DNA of 64,000 nucleotides, from the IMG/VR virus record IMGVR_UViG_2739368068_000001, positions 1 to 64,000 of that record. One strand, given 5' to 3'. The stretch's first letter is position 1. Each line of letters opens with the position of its first letter. Shown piece after piece: positions 47,001 to 56,085 of this stretch. Under the pieces are notes generated by a model, which ran no database searches, was not told where the DNA came from, and was given only the letters and a program-made list of their open reading frames with translations. Position numbers and translations under genes: made by a program. This stretch comes from a virus. Its lineage: Duplodnaviria; Caudoviricetes.

Positions 47001-48200
47001 CCGGCGGGCGTCTTCCTGCGCCCGGGTCAGGTCCGCCCGGGCCCGGGCCGCCGCCTCCTCCGCATCGCGTAGCTGGTCGACCGCCTGCCGCACCTGCTCC
47101 GCCGACCGGCGGACCTGGTCGGCCGCGTTCGCCCGCGTGTTCGCCAACGACCTTTCGGCGGATTCGACCTGCGACGCCGCCGACGCTATCCGGGCCTGCT
47201 GGCCGGCCAGACTGGCCGCTGACCGGCCCGCCTGCCCCTGCGCCTGGTTGAGCGCTTGTACCGCCCCGAGCACGCCGGAGAACGCCAGCACGAGCACGCC
47301 GATACCGGCGACGCCGGCGATCGCGGCCGGGCCGATCGCGGCGAGGCCGGCCGCCGCCGCTGCCGCAGCCGGAACGATGACCGGTCCGATCAGCGCGGCG
47401 ACGGAGAGTAGGACCTGAATCCCGCCGGCGGACGCGACCGACGCCGCACCCATCGCGGCGAGGTTCGCCATCGCACCCTGAGTATTTACATCGACGTCGA
47501 TCTCAACGTCTTGTGCTCCGACAGCCCGGGCAGTGGCCGCGACCGTCGTCAGCCCGGTCTGCGCCGCCGTGGTGTCGGCGGTGACCCGCACGTTCGCGTC
47601 GGTGCGGGCCAGGGCCGCCGCCTCCCGCTGCAATCCCTGAATCTCAGTCTTGAGACGTGTGATCTGGGCACCGGCGGCGATCGCGTCGACGTGGAGCGGA
47701 ATTTCCCCGCCCGCCTCCCGCACCCGCTCAACCTCGCGGGCCAGGGTGGAGAGCTGCTGCCGCAACACCTGGATACGGCCGAGCGCCTCCTCATCGGCGA
47801 CGTCGATGTCTATGTTCTGGTCGCGTAGCTCGACGAGCTGGGCCCGGATCGCCGCGACCTTGCGATCCAACGCCGACGAGTCGGCGTCGATCTCGACGTC
47901 GGGCATGTTCGCGAGCGCGGCCTCAACCCGGGTACGGAGGCTACGGCCGAGCGCGGCGCCGATGTCCTGCCCGGTCCGGACGGCGGCGGCCTGCGCCGGC
48001 CGGCCGCCGGCCTGGACGCCGTCGCGGGCGGCGCCGGTCATCTGAGTGACGACCGGCGCCGCCATCTGCCGGCCGATGTCCCGGCCCACCGCGTCGGCGG
48101 CCGGGAGCACCTGCGCCCGCAGACGCGGATAGAAATCGCGGGCGTCGGGCTCGACGTCGAGCGCGACAGCACCGGCGATCGCCACGTCGGGACTGGTCAT
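44022..48200 (-). CDS. Tape measure protein with a C-terminal NlpC/P60-like domain
   Basis: 1392 aa, Ala-rich helical and W/F-periodic repeats, KPYVWAGVGPGGYDCSG. Confidence 0.93.
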   Translation of the reverse strand: MTSPDVAIAGAVALDVEPDARDFYPRLRAQVLPAADAVGRDIGRQMAAPVVTQMTGAARDGVQAGGRPAQAAAVRTGQDIGAALGRSLRTRVEAALANMPDVEIDADSSALDRKVAAIRAQLVELRDQNIDIDVADEEALGRIQVLRQQLSTLAREVERVREAGGEIPLHVDAIAAGAQITRLKTEIQGLQREAAALARTDANVRVTADTTAAQTGLTTVAATARAVGAQDVEIDVDVNTQGAMANLAAMGAASVASAGGIQVLLSVAALIGPVIVPAAAAAAAGLAAIGPAAIAGVAGIGVLVLAFSGVLGAVQALNQAQGQAGRSAASLAGQQARIASAASQVESAERSLANTRANAADQVRRSAEQVRQAVDQLRDAEEAAARARADLTRAQEDARRAQEDLASAVANGALAQRGALLNLEEARARLDDVLADPTATDLERERAQLNYDQAVQQVEDLRIRQERLTAEQEAANRAGIEGSEQVRAARERIAEADERVAAAQRAVAEARANQATQERQAAFSIAQAQQAVINAQRSMAQAHQQTGAAGVAAVDRVKEALSGLSPAGREFALFLVGLRDEFRLVRQAAEAGLLPGVQEGIEAFLPVLPLVILFVSRVSTAIGDLFARAGAALTAPFWVDFFDLLGRFAGPAFQTFGDIIGGLARGFASLMVAFMPLSQQMGDGLADMADSFAEWAAGLAGSEGFESFIDYVIETGPDVLALIGNLILFAIRLGIVFAPLGAIILDIANATLSWLAALDPSWLALIVGGIGAIGAALALAAGGPLALIVAGVVALVAAVVFAWNRFEGFRQVVTTALDAVGVAAVWLWQTILMPTFTAIAAAIAAVAAVVTWLWVEVWMPAFNAIAAVVMWWWTNVTEPVFNAVSAVITNFVMPVIMALWRSVVVPAFQGIQLAISIAWAAVQVIFGLWQIAFRAVGAVASWLWRNAIEPAFRGIASVVSFVWESLIRPVFEAFGGFIETWVAPAFRRGVSAIETAWRAVQDVAKVPVRFVVQTVLNQGLLAAYNKIASMFGVKPDNVQIPLPQGFATGGFVTGPGGPRTDSILARLSNGEYVIPAHIVARMGVSFFDWLIGKTRTAGPQVGRPGDGSEGLAFADGGFVGRISSVWNTLTDPIGWVRSQVVDLIGKIPGGGALRDVVTGFARSALGTVIDAIREKVTDVFSGGYQGPVSERTAGIQQWIRQQDGKPYVWAGVGPGGYDCSGMVGAVYNLMRGRSPHSRVFTTHNQAPFFPGPGWGLLTAGWAHAGERGGGSVGHTAANLAGLGFESRGSDGVVVGRDATPVGDFARMGHAVYDSGGWLLPGLTVAYNGTGRPERILTGPDWDRIQARLSGGGGSAGSSTTYNIYPRVATLDERQLQGITAKHDMLSRIGRQE

Positions 48201-48235
48201 AGTGCCTTCTCCCCCGAGTGGCGTTGTGGAGTTGT

Positions 48236-49362
48236 TCAGCGCTGCTGTTTCGCCTGGCGGCGGCGGGCCTCACGTTCGGCCCGCTCGGCCTCCAGATCGG
48301 CGACGACCGGGGCGGACACCTCGGCCTCTATCTCGGCGATGTCGCCGGCCCCGAGCACCCCGGGCCGACGCCACCGCGCCGGCTCTTTCGGGCTCCCACC
48401 GGCGGCCTTCCCGACCACATAGATCAACTGGTCGAGCCGCTCGCCGATCTCGGCGAGCATCTCGTGAGTGCGGGAGTGTGGCCCCCACCCCCGCACCGGC
48501 GCCGCTTCCATCGCGGCGGCGAGGGTGCGGGGGTCGATCTCGTCGCGCTGCGCCGTCTTCGTCCGCGACTCCGGCGGTAGCTGCTCGATCAGGTTCAGCA
48601 GCCGCCGGTGGGTGAGCCAGCCCGGGCCGCCGCCGGGCAGGTACAGGTCTCGGACGTCGATCTGCCGGTCGGCTAGGTCCGCTTCGACCTGCGGGCCATA
48701 TCTCTGTAGGAGCGCATCGACCGCCCGGATTTTCCCTGGTCCTGCCCGGTGACCCGCCGGTACTCGTTGAACATGTCGTTCACGTTGCCCATGGTCGGGG
48801 CGAGCCGTACCCAGACCTCGTCATAGTCCGGCTCGACCAGGCACCCTTGCGCCCACGACTCGTAGTCGCCGACCCGAAGATCCGCGTTCGCGTCGGTGGG
48901 CCAGTCACGCGGATCCAAGATGTGGACCACGTCGGTGCCGTTCTTCCCGGTCAGCCGTACCGCGACCGCGCCATCGGGAAGCACCCGCTCCGGCGGCACG
49001 TCCTCGATCGGATGCGGCTCGCCGACGTACCCCGCACCGTCCCAGTACCGTCGGATGGTCGGATCGGCCGGGTCGGGGTACCAGCCGGGCGGCGGGCCGG
49101 CCAGGCTCACCGGGGACGGCTGGACGAGCTGCTGCCGCTGGCCGGCTTCGGCCTGGACGTCGTCGACCCACTCGCCGTCGTCGCCGTCGTCGCCGGCGTC
49201 GGCCTGGGCGTCGTCGCCGGCCGGCGGCGGCGGGGCGGCGAGCCGGTCGGCCTGCTGCGCGGCGGCGGTCTGCTGGTAGATGTCCGGCGGCACCTCCCGG
49301 TACCGGACGGGGCCCGGTTCGGTGTCGACGGGCTGGCCGTGGGCGGGCACGGGCACAGTCAT
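48236..49362 (-). CDS. Tail assembly chaperone pair (48673-49362 plus a -1 frameshift extension to 48236)
   Basis: Slippery GGGAAAA at 48730-48736. The -1 frame is open to 48236. Lies between the major tail and tape measure genes. Confidence 0.85.
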
Positions 49363-49395
49363 GGTTGGTTCCTTCCTAGGTTGGGGTTACGGGTC

Positions 49396-50004
49396 TTACG
49401 GGCCTTCCGGGTCTTCCGGGTCGGCGAGCGCGGCCAGGACGTAATGCCAGGTGATAGCCACGTTGTCGGAGCCGGGGTAGGCGGTCAGGGTGACGCCGTA
49501 CGTGACCGGATCCGACTTCTTGATCGCGAACTCGCGGCGGCCGGTGACTTCCATCTGCGGGACCACGGCCCGGATCCGGTTCGGTCCGTCCACCAGGTCG
49601 AAAACCCCGCTGATGATCTCGACTCGTGGCTCACCTTCGTCGATGGAGAATGCGCCGGTCGCGTCCGGCTCGATCGAGCCGAGCGGCAGCCGGTGGTATA
49701 CCTCCAGCGGCGTCGGCCCGGACTCCAGAAAGACGATCTCGAATGTGACTTCGGACGACGTCACGAGCTTGCGTACCGGCGAGTTCGACCCGAACGCGTT
49801 GATCGTCGCGGTGGCCTCGTCGACGGCCTTTTTCAGACCGTCCTCGGAGCACCAGCCGGCGTCGGCGAAGGCGGCATCGAGGTTGGAGCCGGTGCCGGTC
49901 GCGGCGGTCGGCAGCGTCGTCCCGGTCGGGGCGAACATCGCCAGCGCGGATCCGCCGGAGCCGCCGCCCTTCACACCGGCCAAGATCAAATCACGGTTGC
50001 CCAC
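49396..50004 (-). CDS. Major tail protein
   Basis: FAPTGTTLPT, DAGWCSEDG and YGVTLTAYP, actinophage tail-tube motifs. Confidence 0.9.
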   Translation of the reverse strand: MGNRDLILAGVKGGGSGGSALAMFAPTGTTLPTAATGTGSNLDAAFADAGWCSEDGLKKAVDEATATINAFGSNSPVRKLVTSSEVTFEIVFLESGPTPLEVYHRLPLGSIEPDATGAFSIDEGEPRVEIISGVFDLVDGPNRIRAVVPQMEVTGRREFAIKKSDPVTYGVTLTAYPGSDNVAITWHYVLAALADPEDPEGP

Positions 50005-50100
50005 GGTTGCGGGATCCTTCCTACGGGTACGGCAAAGGGCCCCAACCGGACTGGTTGAGGCCCTGGGGAACGGGTCACGCGGGGCGGGCGCGCTACCGAC

Positions 50101-50577
50101 CTAGTGAGACTTGATGACGAGTTGATAGGCGGCACCGATCCGCCGCACCGTCGGATTGACGTCGTACGGGCGCGGCGACGGCCGAGAGAACGTCGACACC
50201 TCCGACACCGTGGCGTCAGCGGTCGACCAGCCAGGCAGCCGGAACAGCAACGCGGCCCGGATCAGCCGGGCGAAGTCCTGCGCGCCTTCGCGGTCCGGGT
50301 TCCCGTCCGCGTCGCCCGGCCAGTACAGGTCAACGTCGATGTTCACCTGGTCCTGTGCCGGGTTCCTCTCAGTGCCACCGAATCCCTCGACGTGCACGAA
50401 CGGCCGGCGGCTGTCGAGCAGGGCTTGCAGCTCGTCGGCCTGCGGCAGCTCGTTCGCGACCAGTAGATCGGCGATCCCGGCGAACGACCCGGCCAGCCAG
50501 TCGATCAACAGCGCTTCGGCGTCGGCGTACCGCAGAGCGGCCAACTCGTCGACGTCGAGCGGCGGCACCGTCGCCAC
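50101..50577 (-). CDS. Tail terminator
   Basis: YADAEALLIDWL...SRPSPRPYDVNPTVRRIGAAY. Position before the major tail gene. Confidence 0.75.
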   Translation of the reverse strand: MATVPPLDVDELAALRYADAEALLIDWLAGSFAGIADLLVANELPQADELQALLDSRRPFVHVEGFGGTERNPAQDQVNIDVDLYWPGDADGNPDREGAQDFARLIRAALLFRLPGWSTADATVSEVSTFSRPSPRPYDVNPTVRRIGAAYQLVIKSH

Positions 50578-50585
50578 GGCCGGCC

Positions 50586-50966
50586 CTACGGGGCGAGCGT
50601 GTCGTCGCCGGGCGGGGTGTACGGGCCAAGCGGCGTGTTCGGCGGCATGATCTTGACTCGGTTCTCCCGCGCCAGCTCTCGCGCCTGCCGCGACGGCATG
50701 TCGACCACCGTCCCGACCAACTCCGGCTCGGCCGGGTTGAACAGCCACAGCGCCCGGACGTAGCCCGGCGGCGGCGGCGAGACGCTCTGCGCCCCGACGT
50801 CGCCGGCCTGCTCGACGGCGGCCTGCCGACCTGCCGGCTCGGCCTGCTTCTGGACGCTCTGCGCCCCGACGTCGCCGGCCTGCTCGACGGCGGCCTGCCG
50901 ACCTGCCGGCTCGGCCTGCTTCTGCTGCTTATCGGCCACTCTGGGCCCCCTTCTCTCCATGATCAC
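50586..50966 (-). CDS. Hypothetical neck-region protein
   Basis: Contains an exact 24-aa duplication. Confidence 0.5.
   Translation of the reverse strand: MIMERRGPRVADKQQKQAEPAGRQAAVEQAGDVGAQSVQKQAEPAGRQAAVEQAGDVGAQSVSPPPPGYVRALWLFNPAEPELVGTVVDMPSRQARELARENRVKIMPPNTPLGPYTPPGDDTLAP
50781..50924. repeat. Exact 72-bp tandem duplication
   Basis: Units at 50781-50852 and 50853-50924. Confidence 0.9.
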
Positions 50967-51307
50967 CTGTTGAGCGCGTCAGCGACCCGGCCAAGAATCC
51001 GCTGACGTTTGATCTCCCTCGCGGCGCCGGTCCGCTTGTCGATCCACCGGCGGCCGAACTCCAGCGCGACGGCATAGGGATAGCCGGCCTCACTGGTCGC
51101 GTCGTTGATCAGCCGCGCGTACGCACGACCGTTACGGACACCGGCGACGACCCGAAACCGCCGTTTGTAGTTCCCGGTCCGCTCCGGAGCGATGACCAGC
51201 GCGTACGCGTGTCCCTGCTCCATCCGGTCGCGGAGCGCCTGCACCATCGGCGGCGCCGACAACGCCACGTCAAGCCCGGACTGATAGGCGACGAGCCGGG
51301 ACGGCAT
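50963..51307 (-). CDS. HK97 gp10-like neck protein
   Basis: APERTGNYKRRF...YAVALEFG...RILGR. Confidence 0.75.
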   Translation of the reverse strand: MPSRLVAYQSGLDVALSAPPMVQALRDRMEQGHAYALVIAPERTGNYKRRFRVVAGVRNGRAYARLINDATSEAGYPYAVALEFGRRWIDKRTGAAREIKRQRILGRVADALNR

Positions 51308-51969
51308 CAGCCGGCGACCCTGTGCGCGATGACCCGCACCCCACCTTCGGCGCCGGTCATCGGATCCCGCTCGGCCTTCGGCCGCCCGTCGACCTCGTAC
51401 GTCAGTCCCCGGACCTGTAGCCGGTCCAGCGCGGTGACCTCCGTACCGGGCGGCAACATGACCTCGATCGAGTCGGTGATGGTCGACCCGCCCGACTCGG
51501 CCCGCTCGTCGCTGGACAGGACCCGCACCGCAGCTCCGCCTACCTCGACCGACTCGGTCCGGTACCGGGTGTTGTTGTACCGGTCCGTCCCGTCCGGGAT
51601 CCGGTGCAGGATCACGACCAGTTCACCGCCGAGTGGGGCCCCGTACGACGGGGCGGGGACGGCTAGACCGATCTCGGTGTGGTCCGGTGTCGGTAGCCCG
51701 CCGCTGGTGTGCTTCGCGACGGCCTGGGCGAACCCCTTGCGCCCGTCGGGCAGCGTGATCAGCGACCCCTCGGGGCAGTGCACGCTGAGCTGCGTCACGA
51801 TCGTGACGGTCACGTACCGGCCGGTCCCGGCCTGCGTCCGGCCGCCTGACAGCTTCTCGGCGATCGCGCACCGCACCCCGGGCACCGGCGGCCCGTAGAC
51901 GCCCCACACGCCCGCGTACGGCTCGATCGTGATCCGGTGGCGCAGCAGGAACGACGGTATGCGGCCCAT
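51307..51969 (-). CDS. Head-closure (stopper) protein, apparently two domains
   Basis: First half ends LPDGR...GGLPTPDHTE. Second half is GTDRYNN...PPGTEV...YEVDGRP...TG. Confidence 0.65.
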   Translation of the reverse strand: MGRIPSFLLRHRITIEPYAGVWGVYGPPVPGVRCAIAEKLSGGRTQAGTGRYVTVTIVTQLSVHCPEGSLITLPDGRKGFAQAVAKHTSGGLPTPDHTEIGLAVPAPSYGAPLGGELVVILHRIPDGTDRYNNTRYRTESVEVGGAAVRVLSSDERAESGGSTITDSIEVMLPPGTEVTALDRLQVRGLTYEVDGRPKAERDPMTGAEGGVRVIAHRVAG

Positions 51970-52367
51970 CAGTGGTAGGGCCCCATCCCGAGCAGACCGG
52001 CGTCACGAAGGTGCCGCCGCGCCTGGTGGCCCCACCGGTCCGGCTCCGAGCCCTTGTTACCGGAGCTACGCCAGCCGAGCGAGACACCGGCGATGCTCGC
52101 CGACTGCAACATACGGGCGCCGTCGGTGCCGGTCTCCTCCCACCAGCCGACGACGGCGCACGTCGCGAGCGCGAGCGCCCGTTGCACCTTGGATTCGGTC
52201 GGCATTCCGTCGTCGTCGACGTCGTACACCGCGCATTCGAGCAGGTCATCGACGGCGGCGGACGCGTCGGCCAGGAGGCGGGGTATCTCGGACTCGTCGG
52301 CGACGTCGACGGGGTAGGCGGCGAGATCCTCGGCTGTCGCGTACGTGTGCCGGGTGTACGGCGGCAT
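51969..52367 (-). CDS. Head-to-tail adaptor
   Basis: YATAEDL...RLLADASAAVD...ATCAVVGWW...SASIAGVSL. Confidence 0.8.
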   Translation of the reverse strand: MPPYTRHTYATAEDLAAYPVDVADESEIPRLLADASAAVDDLLECAVYDVDDDGMPTESKVQRALALATCAVVGWWEETGTDGARMLQSASIAGVSLGWRSSGNKGSEPDRWGHQARRHLRDAGLLGMGPYH

Positions 52368-52470
52368 CCATGCCCCCTTTCGAGTGACCAGAACTCGAGT
52401 TCTGGGTGGGTGAGGTGGGGCCGGCCGGCCCCCCGCCGGGTCCAGCCGACCCCACGCCATACCGCCCCGG

Positions 52471-52863
52471 TCAGGCCGGGGCGTTGTACTCGACGTCGAC
52501 TTGGATCGACACGTACGTCGGCGTACCCGAGACGGCGGCGAGTTCCAACGTCAGCGACCCGCCGGCGGCGATCGCCGTGTTCTGGAGCGTCGTGCTGCTC
52601 GCCCACGACGCGTTACCGGCCGGCAGGTCGCTAGCCAGCACGTCACCGCCGGCCGTGGCCGCGTTGACTGACGCCGTCGTGCCGCCGGCCCGGTAGCCAC
52701 GGACCGCGGTGACGGTCGCCGCCCGGGGTGCCCGCCACACCACGAACGAGCCGGCGGCCGTCGGGCCGGGCAGCGTCAGGTTGACCGTGTGAGTGCGGTA
52801 CGGGGCGCCTGGCACCTCGCCGGCCTGCCCGTCGAACGTGTGGACCTTGTATCCGGATCCCAT
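52471..52863 (-). CDS. Hypothetical beta-rich virion protein
   Basis: Inside the head operon. GAGGGGG RBS. Confidence 0.55.
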   Translation of the reverse strand: MGSGYKVHTFDGQAGEVPGAPYRTHTVNLTLPGPTAAGSFVVWRAPRAATVTAVRGYRAGGTTASVNAATAGGDVLASDLPAGNASWASSTTLQNTAIAAGGSLTLELAAVSGTPTYVSIQVDVEYNAPA

Positions 52864-52874
52864 GTCGTGCCCCC

Positions 52875-53711
52875 TCAGCTACCCGAGCCCGCGCGGCGGC
52901 CGGTGGTCTTCCGCCCGGCCGCCTTGCCCGGCTTCGTCTGCCCGTCCTGTTCGCTGCTGGCGGCCGGGGCCGGGCTGCTCTTGTCGTCCTGCCCGTCCGC
53001 GCCGTCCTGCTCGCCGCTGGCCGGGTTTCCGGCGTCGCCCTGCCCGCTGTCCTGCTCCCGGCTGTCGCCGCCGCTCTGCGTGCCGCTGGTGCCCTTCTGC
53101 GGGTCGCCCTGGTCCTGGCCGCCGTCGGAGTCGTCGGCGTCGCCCTGGTCCTGCTCGGCCGGCGTCGGCTCGGCCGGGTCCTGCGGCGGCGTCCGCCCCT
53201 CCCGGATCGCGGCGAGCTGCTCCGGACTGCCCGCTACCCGGTTCGGGTCGAGCACCCCGCGCGGGTCCGGGTGCTGCGCCTCGTACGCGGCGACCGCCGC
53301 CAGCTCCGCATCCGTGCGCGGGTGGATCTTCGGATCGTCGCCGATCTGGATGTCGCGCACGCCGTGGCGGGACAGGACCCCGACCCCGCCGTTTTCGCCG
53401 GCGAGCCGCATCCGCTCGTTGACCACGAATCCGGCCGGTGACTCGGTCGACGTCGCCGCCACGCCGGCGGCCCGTGCCGCTTCCTCGCCGGATACCTCGG
53501 TGCGGCGTGCGTGGATCCGCGCGGACGCCTCGACGGCCTCCTGTGCGGCCCGCGCCTGCCGGGCCTGGTCGATCATGTGCGGCGGCACCTGGTCGACCTC
53601 GACACGGACGAAGTTCGGCCGGGCTTCCAGGTCCGGCGACGGACCCGACAAGACGTACAGCTCTCCGGTGTTGCTGTTGCGATACGCGGCGAACCCGCTG
53701 GTATCGGTCAT
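52875..53711 (-). CDS. Hypothetical protein with an acidic low-complexity tail
   Basis: Follows the major capsid gene. GGGAG RBS. Confidence 0.6.
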   Translation of the reverse strand: MTDTSGFAAYRNSNTGELYVLSGPSPDLEARPNFVRVEVDQVPPHMIDQARQARAAQEAVEASARIHARRTEVSGEEAARAAGVAATSTESPAGFVVNERMRLAGENGGVGVLSRHGVRDIQIGDDPKIHPRTDAELAAVAAYEAQHPDPRGVLDPNRVAGSPEQLAAIREGRTPPQDPAEPTPAEQDQGDADDSDGGQDQGDPQKGTSGTQSGGDSREQDSGQGDAGNPASGEQDGADGQDDKSSPAPAASSEQDGQTKPGKAAGRKTTGRRAGSGS

Positions 53712-53754
53712 GATCGCTCCCTGATCTCGATCTTGGGGGTGGGGGTGGGACAGG

Positions 53755-53789
53755 ACCGCGCGGCCAACCCGACCGGCTGGCCGCGCGGT
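53755..53789 (-). terminator. Hairpin after the major capsid gene
   Basis: 12-bp stem ACCGCGCGGCCA. Confidence 0.6.
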
Positions 53790-53797
53790 GGTCGGGA

Positions 53798-54703
53798 TCA
53801 GGAACCGAGCGGGCCCCGGATCAGTACGGCGCGGTTCGCGTCGAGCGTCTTGCAGCCGTACAGCACGTCGATCGACACGACATCCTGCTTCTTGTCCATG
53901 TCGTACCCGTAGATCACCCGCAGGCCGTACCCCTTGTAGGACGCGATCGCGGCGTTCGACGCGCCACGCGGCAGCGCCAGGGGCCGCACCGCGAGCGCGA
54001 ACGCGGTCCGGTGGAACGCCACCCCGACCTCGGTGGTCGGAATCCCCGTGCCCGGCGTCGGGATCGTGATGTTATTCGTCTCGTACGGGTCGAACCCGTA
54101 CAGGCGACGGCCGAGCGACGCCTCTTGCAACCCCTGGGTGTCGCCCCGGGCGTCGGCCCGGCTGAGCAGGTCATTCTTGAGCCACTCCGCGGCCATCGTG
54201 GGGCCGACGACGGCGTACCGCTGCGACGGCGGAACGGACTGCTTCGTCAGTTCCCGGCCGGCGGCGACCATCGCCCGGGGGTCGTTCCACAACTCGCCGG
54301 AGGTGGTGCCGACGGTCGTCACGATGTCGGACCGCAGCGCCAGCAGGTCGCGATCGATCTTCTGCGAGATCGCTTCCATCGCCGGCGCGAGAAGCCGCTC
54401 AGAAAAGTCGGTGATCTTGAGCGTGAGATCTTCCGACGTCACCGCGAAAGAAACGTCGGCGAAGTGGTTGAGCGTCATCGGGATACCGGACTCGGTCGCG
54501 TCCTGGACCGTGATTCCGGCCGCCCGGTTGTACTCGTGCGCGACGAACCTCGCCGGCTTCCGGATCGTGATCGTGTCACCGACCGCGCCCGCAAAGGTGT
54601 CTTCGTAGTCGCGGTGCACGAGCGACGCCATGATGGTCGTCTCGTACAGGTTCGCCAGCGCAGCCTGAGCGATGACGTCAGGCGTGAGCAGGGTGTTTGC
54701 CAT
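53798..54703 (-). CDS. Major capsid protein (P22 coat-like family)
   Basis: MANTLLTPDVIA...RDYEDTF...GDTITIRKP...SIDVLYGCKTL. Confidence 0.9.
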   Translation of the reverse strand: MANTLLTPDVIAQAALANLYETTIMASLVHRDYEDTFAGAVGDTITIRKPARFVAHEYNRAAGITVQDATESGIPMTLNHFADVSFAVTSEDLTLKITDFSERLLAPAMEAISQKIDRDLLALRSDIVTTVGTTSGELWNDPRAMVAAGRELTKQSVPPSQRYAVVGPTMAAEWLKNDLLSRADARGDTQGLQEASLGRRLYGFDPYETNNITIPTPGTGIPTTEVGVAFHRTAFALAVRPLALPRGASNAAIASYKGYGLRVIYGYDMDKKQDVVSIDVLYGCKTLDANRAVLIRGPLGS

Positions 54704-54723
54704 GGTTGATTGCTCCTGGGCGG

Positions 54724-55659
54724 TCAGCCCGGGCTGTCACTGCGTCGCTTGCGAAACTCAGCCCGGAAATCGTCGACGGTTGACGGTTCGGTGCTTTCCG
54801 CGCTGCTCCCGGCTGCGAAGTCGCCACCACTCGGGACCGGCGGCAGCACCGGGGGCGCCTGGCCCGCCGGCTGTTCCGCCTTGAAGTACGAATCGGTCTC
54901 GACAGCCGTCCCGATGGCTGCCGCGACCTTGGCCGCGAAATCCGGCGCGCTCGGGTCGAGCGAGTCGATTCCGCGCATGAATTGACGGCTGTCCGTCAGC
55001 CGTTTCGGATTCGCGCCGTGCTCCGACGCGTTCTGCCAAATCGCCAACTCCCGGGCCATCGCGACCCGGTCGGCGGTCTGGCTCGTGAGTTGATCCGTCA
55101 GGATCCGAATCTGTTCCTCCGGCGCCGGGCCGCTCTCGCCGTCGGTGTCGTCCGGCACGTCCGGCATGAGCCCGGTCGCCTTGAGCAGCGACGCGACCCA
55201 CTCCTGTCGCTGCTCCTCGAACCGCTGCGCGGCCCGCTCCTCGGCCGTCTTGGCCTCGACGCGACGGTCTCCGTTCTCGGTCCGCAACTGCTTGATGTAG
55301 TCGCGGATCTCGGCCGGGAACTCGTCGAGCGACCGCTCTGCCGGTGGCTTCGTGCCCCCGGCCGGCTGCGCGCCCGGTGGCGGCGTCACCGGTGCCTGGT
55401 TCGGTGCTGGCTCCTGAAAGAACGGCTGGAACACGCCGTCACCGGTGCCGGCCGGCGCGGATCCGGCCGCCCCGCCATCACCGCCGCCGCCGGTGCCGCT
55501 GGTGCCGCCGTCGCCGCCGGTGCCGCCGCCCGCGTCGCCGGCGGCCGGAGCCGGGGCGGCCGGGGCGGCCGGGGCGGAGTCGAGCGGCGGCGTCGCGAGC
55601 GGACACAGGTACGAGGCGACCGTGAGCCGGAGCAGCCGGGGACGCGTCAAGGTCTTCAT
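54724..55659 (-). CDS. Capsid scaffolding protein
   Basis: DYIKQLRTENGDRRV coiled coil and a C-terminal SGGDFAAG. Directly upstream of the capsid gene. Confidence 0.75.
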   Translation of the reverse strand: MKTLTRPRLLRLTVASYLCPLATPPLDSAPAAPAAPAPAAGDAGGGTGGDGGTSGTGGGGDGGAAGSAPAGTGDGVFQPFFQEPAPNQAPVTPPPGAQPAGGTKPPAERSLDEFPAEIRDYIKQLRTENGDRRVEAKTAEERAAQRFEEQRQEWVASLLKATGLMPDVPDDTDGESGPAPEEQIRILTDQLTSQTADRVAMARELAIWQNASEHGANPKRLTDSRQFMRGIDSLDPSAPDFAAKVAAAIGTAVETDSYFKAEQPAGQAPPVLPPVPSGGDFAAGSSAESTEPSTVDDFRAEFRKRRSDSPG

Positions 55660-55854
55660 GTGGAGTGCCCTCCCGGGGCGGATGGGCCGCGGCTCCCGGC
55701 CGGCGGCGTGCGGATACGACACAGCCCCGACCGGCCCGAATCGGGCCCGTCAGGGCTGTGTGTGCTCTTCCAGGGGTCGCAGGCCGGTGACCTGCGGATA
55801 TAAGTGACCTACCGGCCCGGAACCGGCCGTGACCGGCCGGGCCGCTCTACCCGG

Positions 55855-56085
55855 CTACTCGTCGACGTCGACCAGCTCGTCGAAATCGGTCTCCGGTGGC
55901 CGCCAATGGTGGTAGCCGCGTACCCACGCCGACGCGCGTAACCGCTCGGCCGGGTCACTGCTGGCCGGGTCGTACGGGCACGCCGTCAGCGGCAGTTGCC
56001 GGCGGGCGGCGTACCCGCCGGCGAGCCGGGCCGCTTCGGCCGTCAACGCGGCCGGCCTGGCCGGACCGGTCGGACCGATCGTCAT
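55855..56085 (-). CDS. Rmf/CrpP-like small protein
   Basis: GGYAARRQLPLTACPYD...AWVRGY resembles the G..A...CPY...W..GW/Y motif of ribosome modulation factor. Confidence 0.55.
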   Translation of the reverse strand: MTIGPTGPARPAALTAEAARLAGGYAARRQLPLTACPYDPASSDPAERLRASAWVRGYHHWRPPETDFDELVDVDE

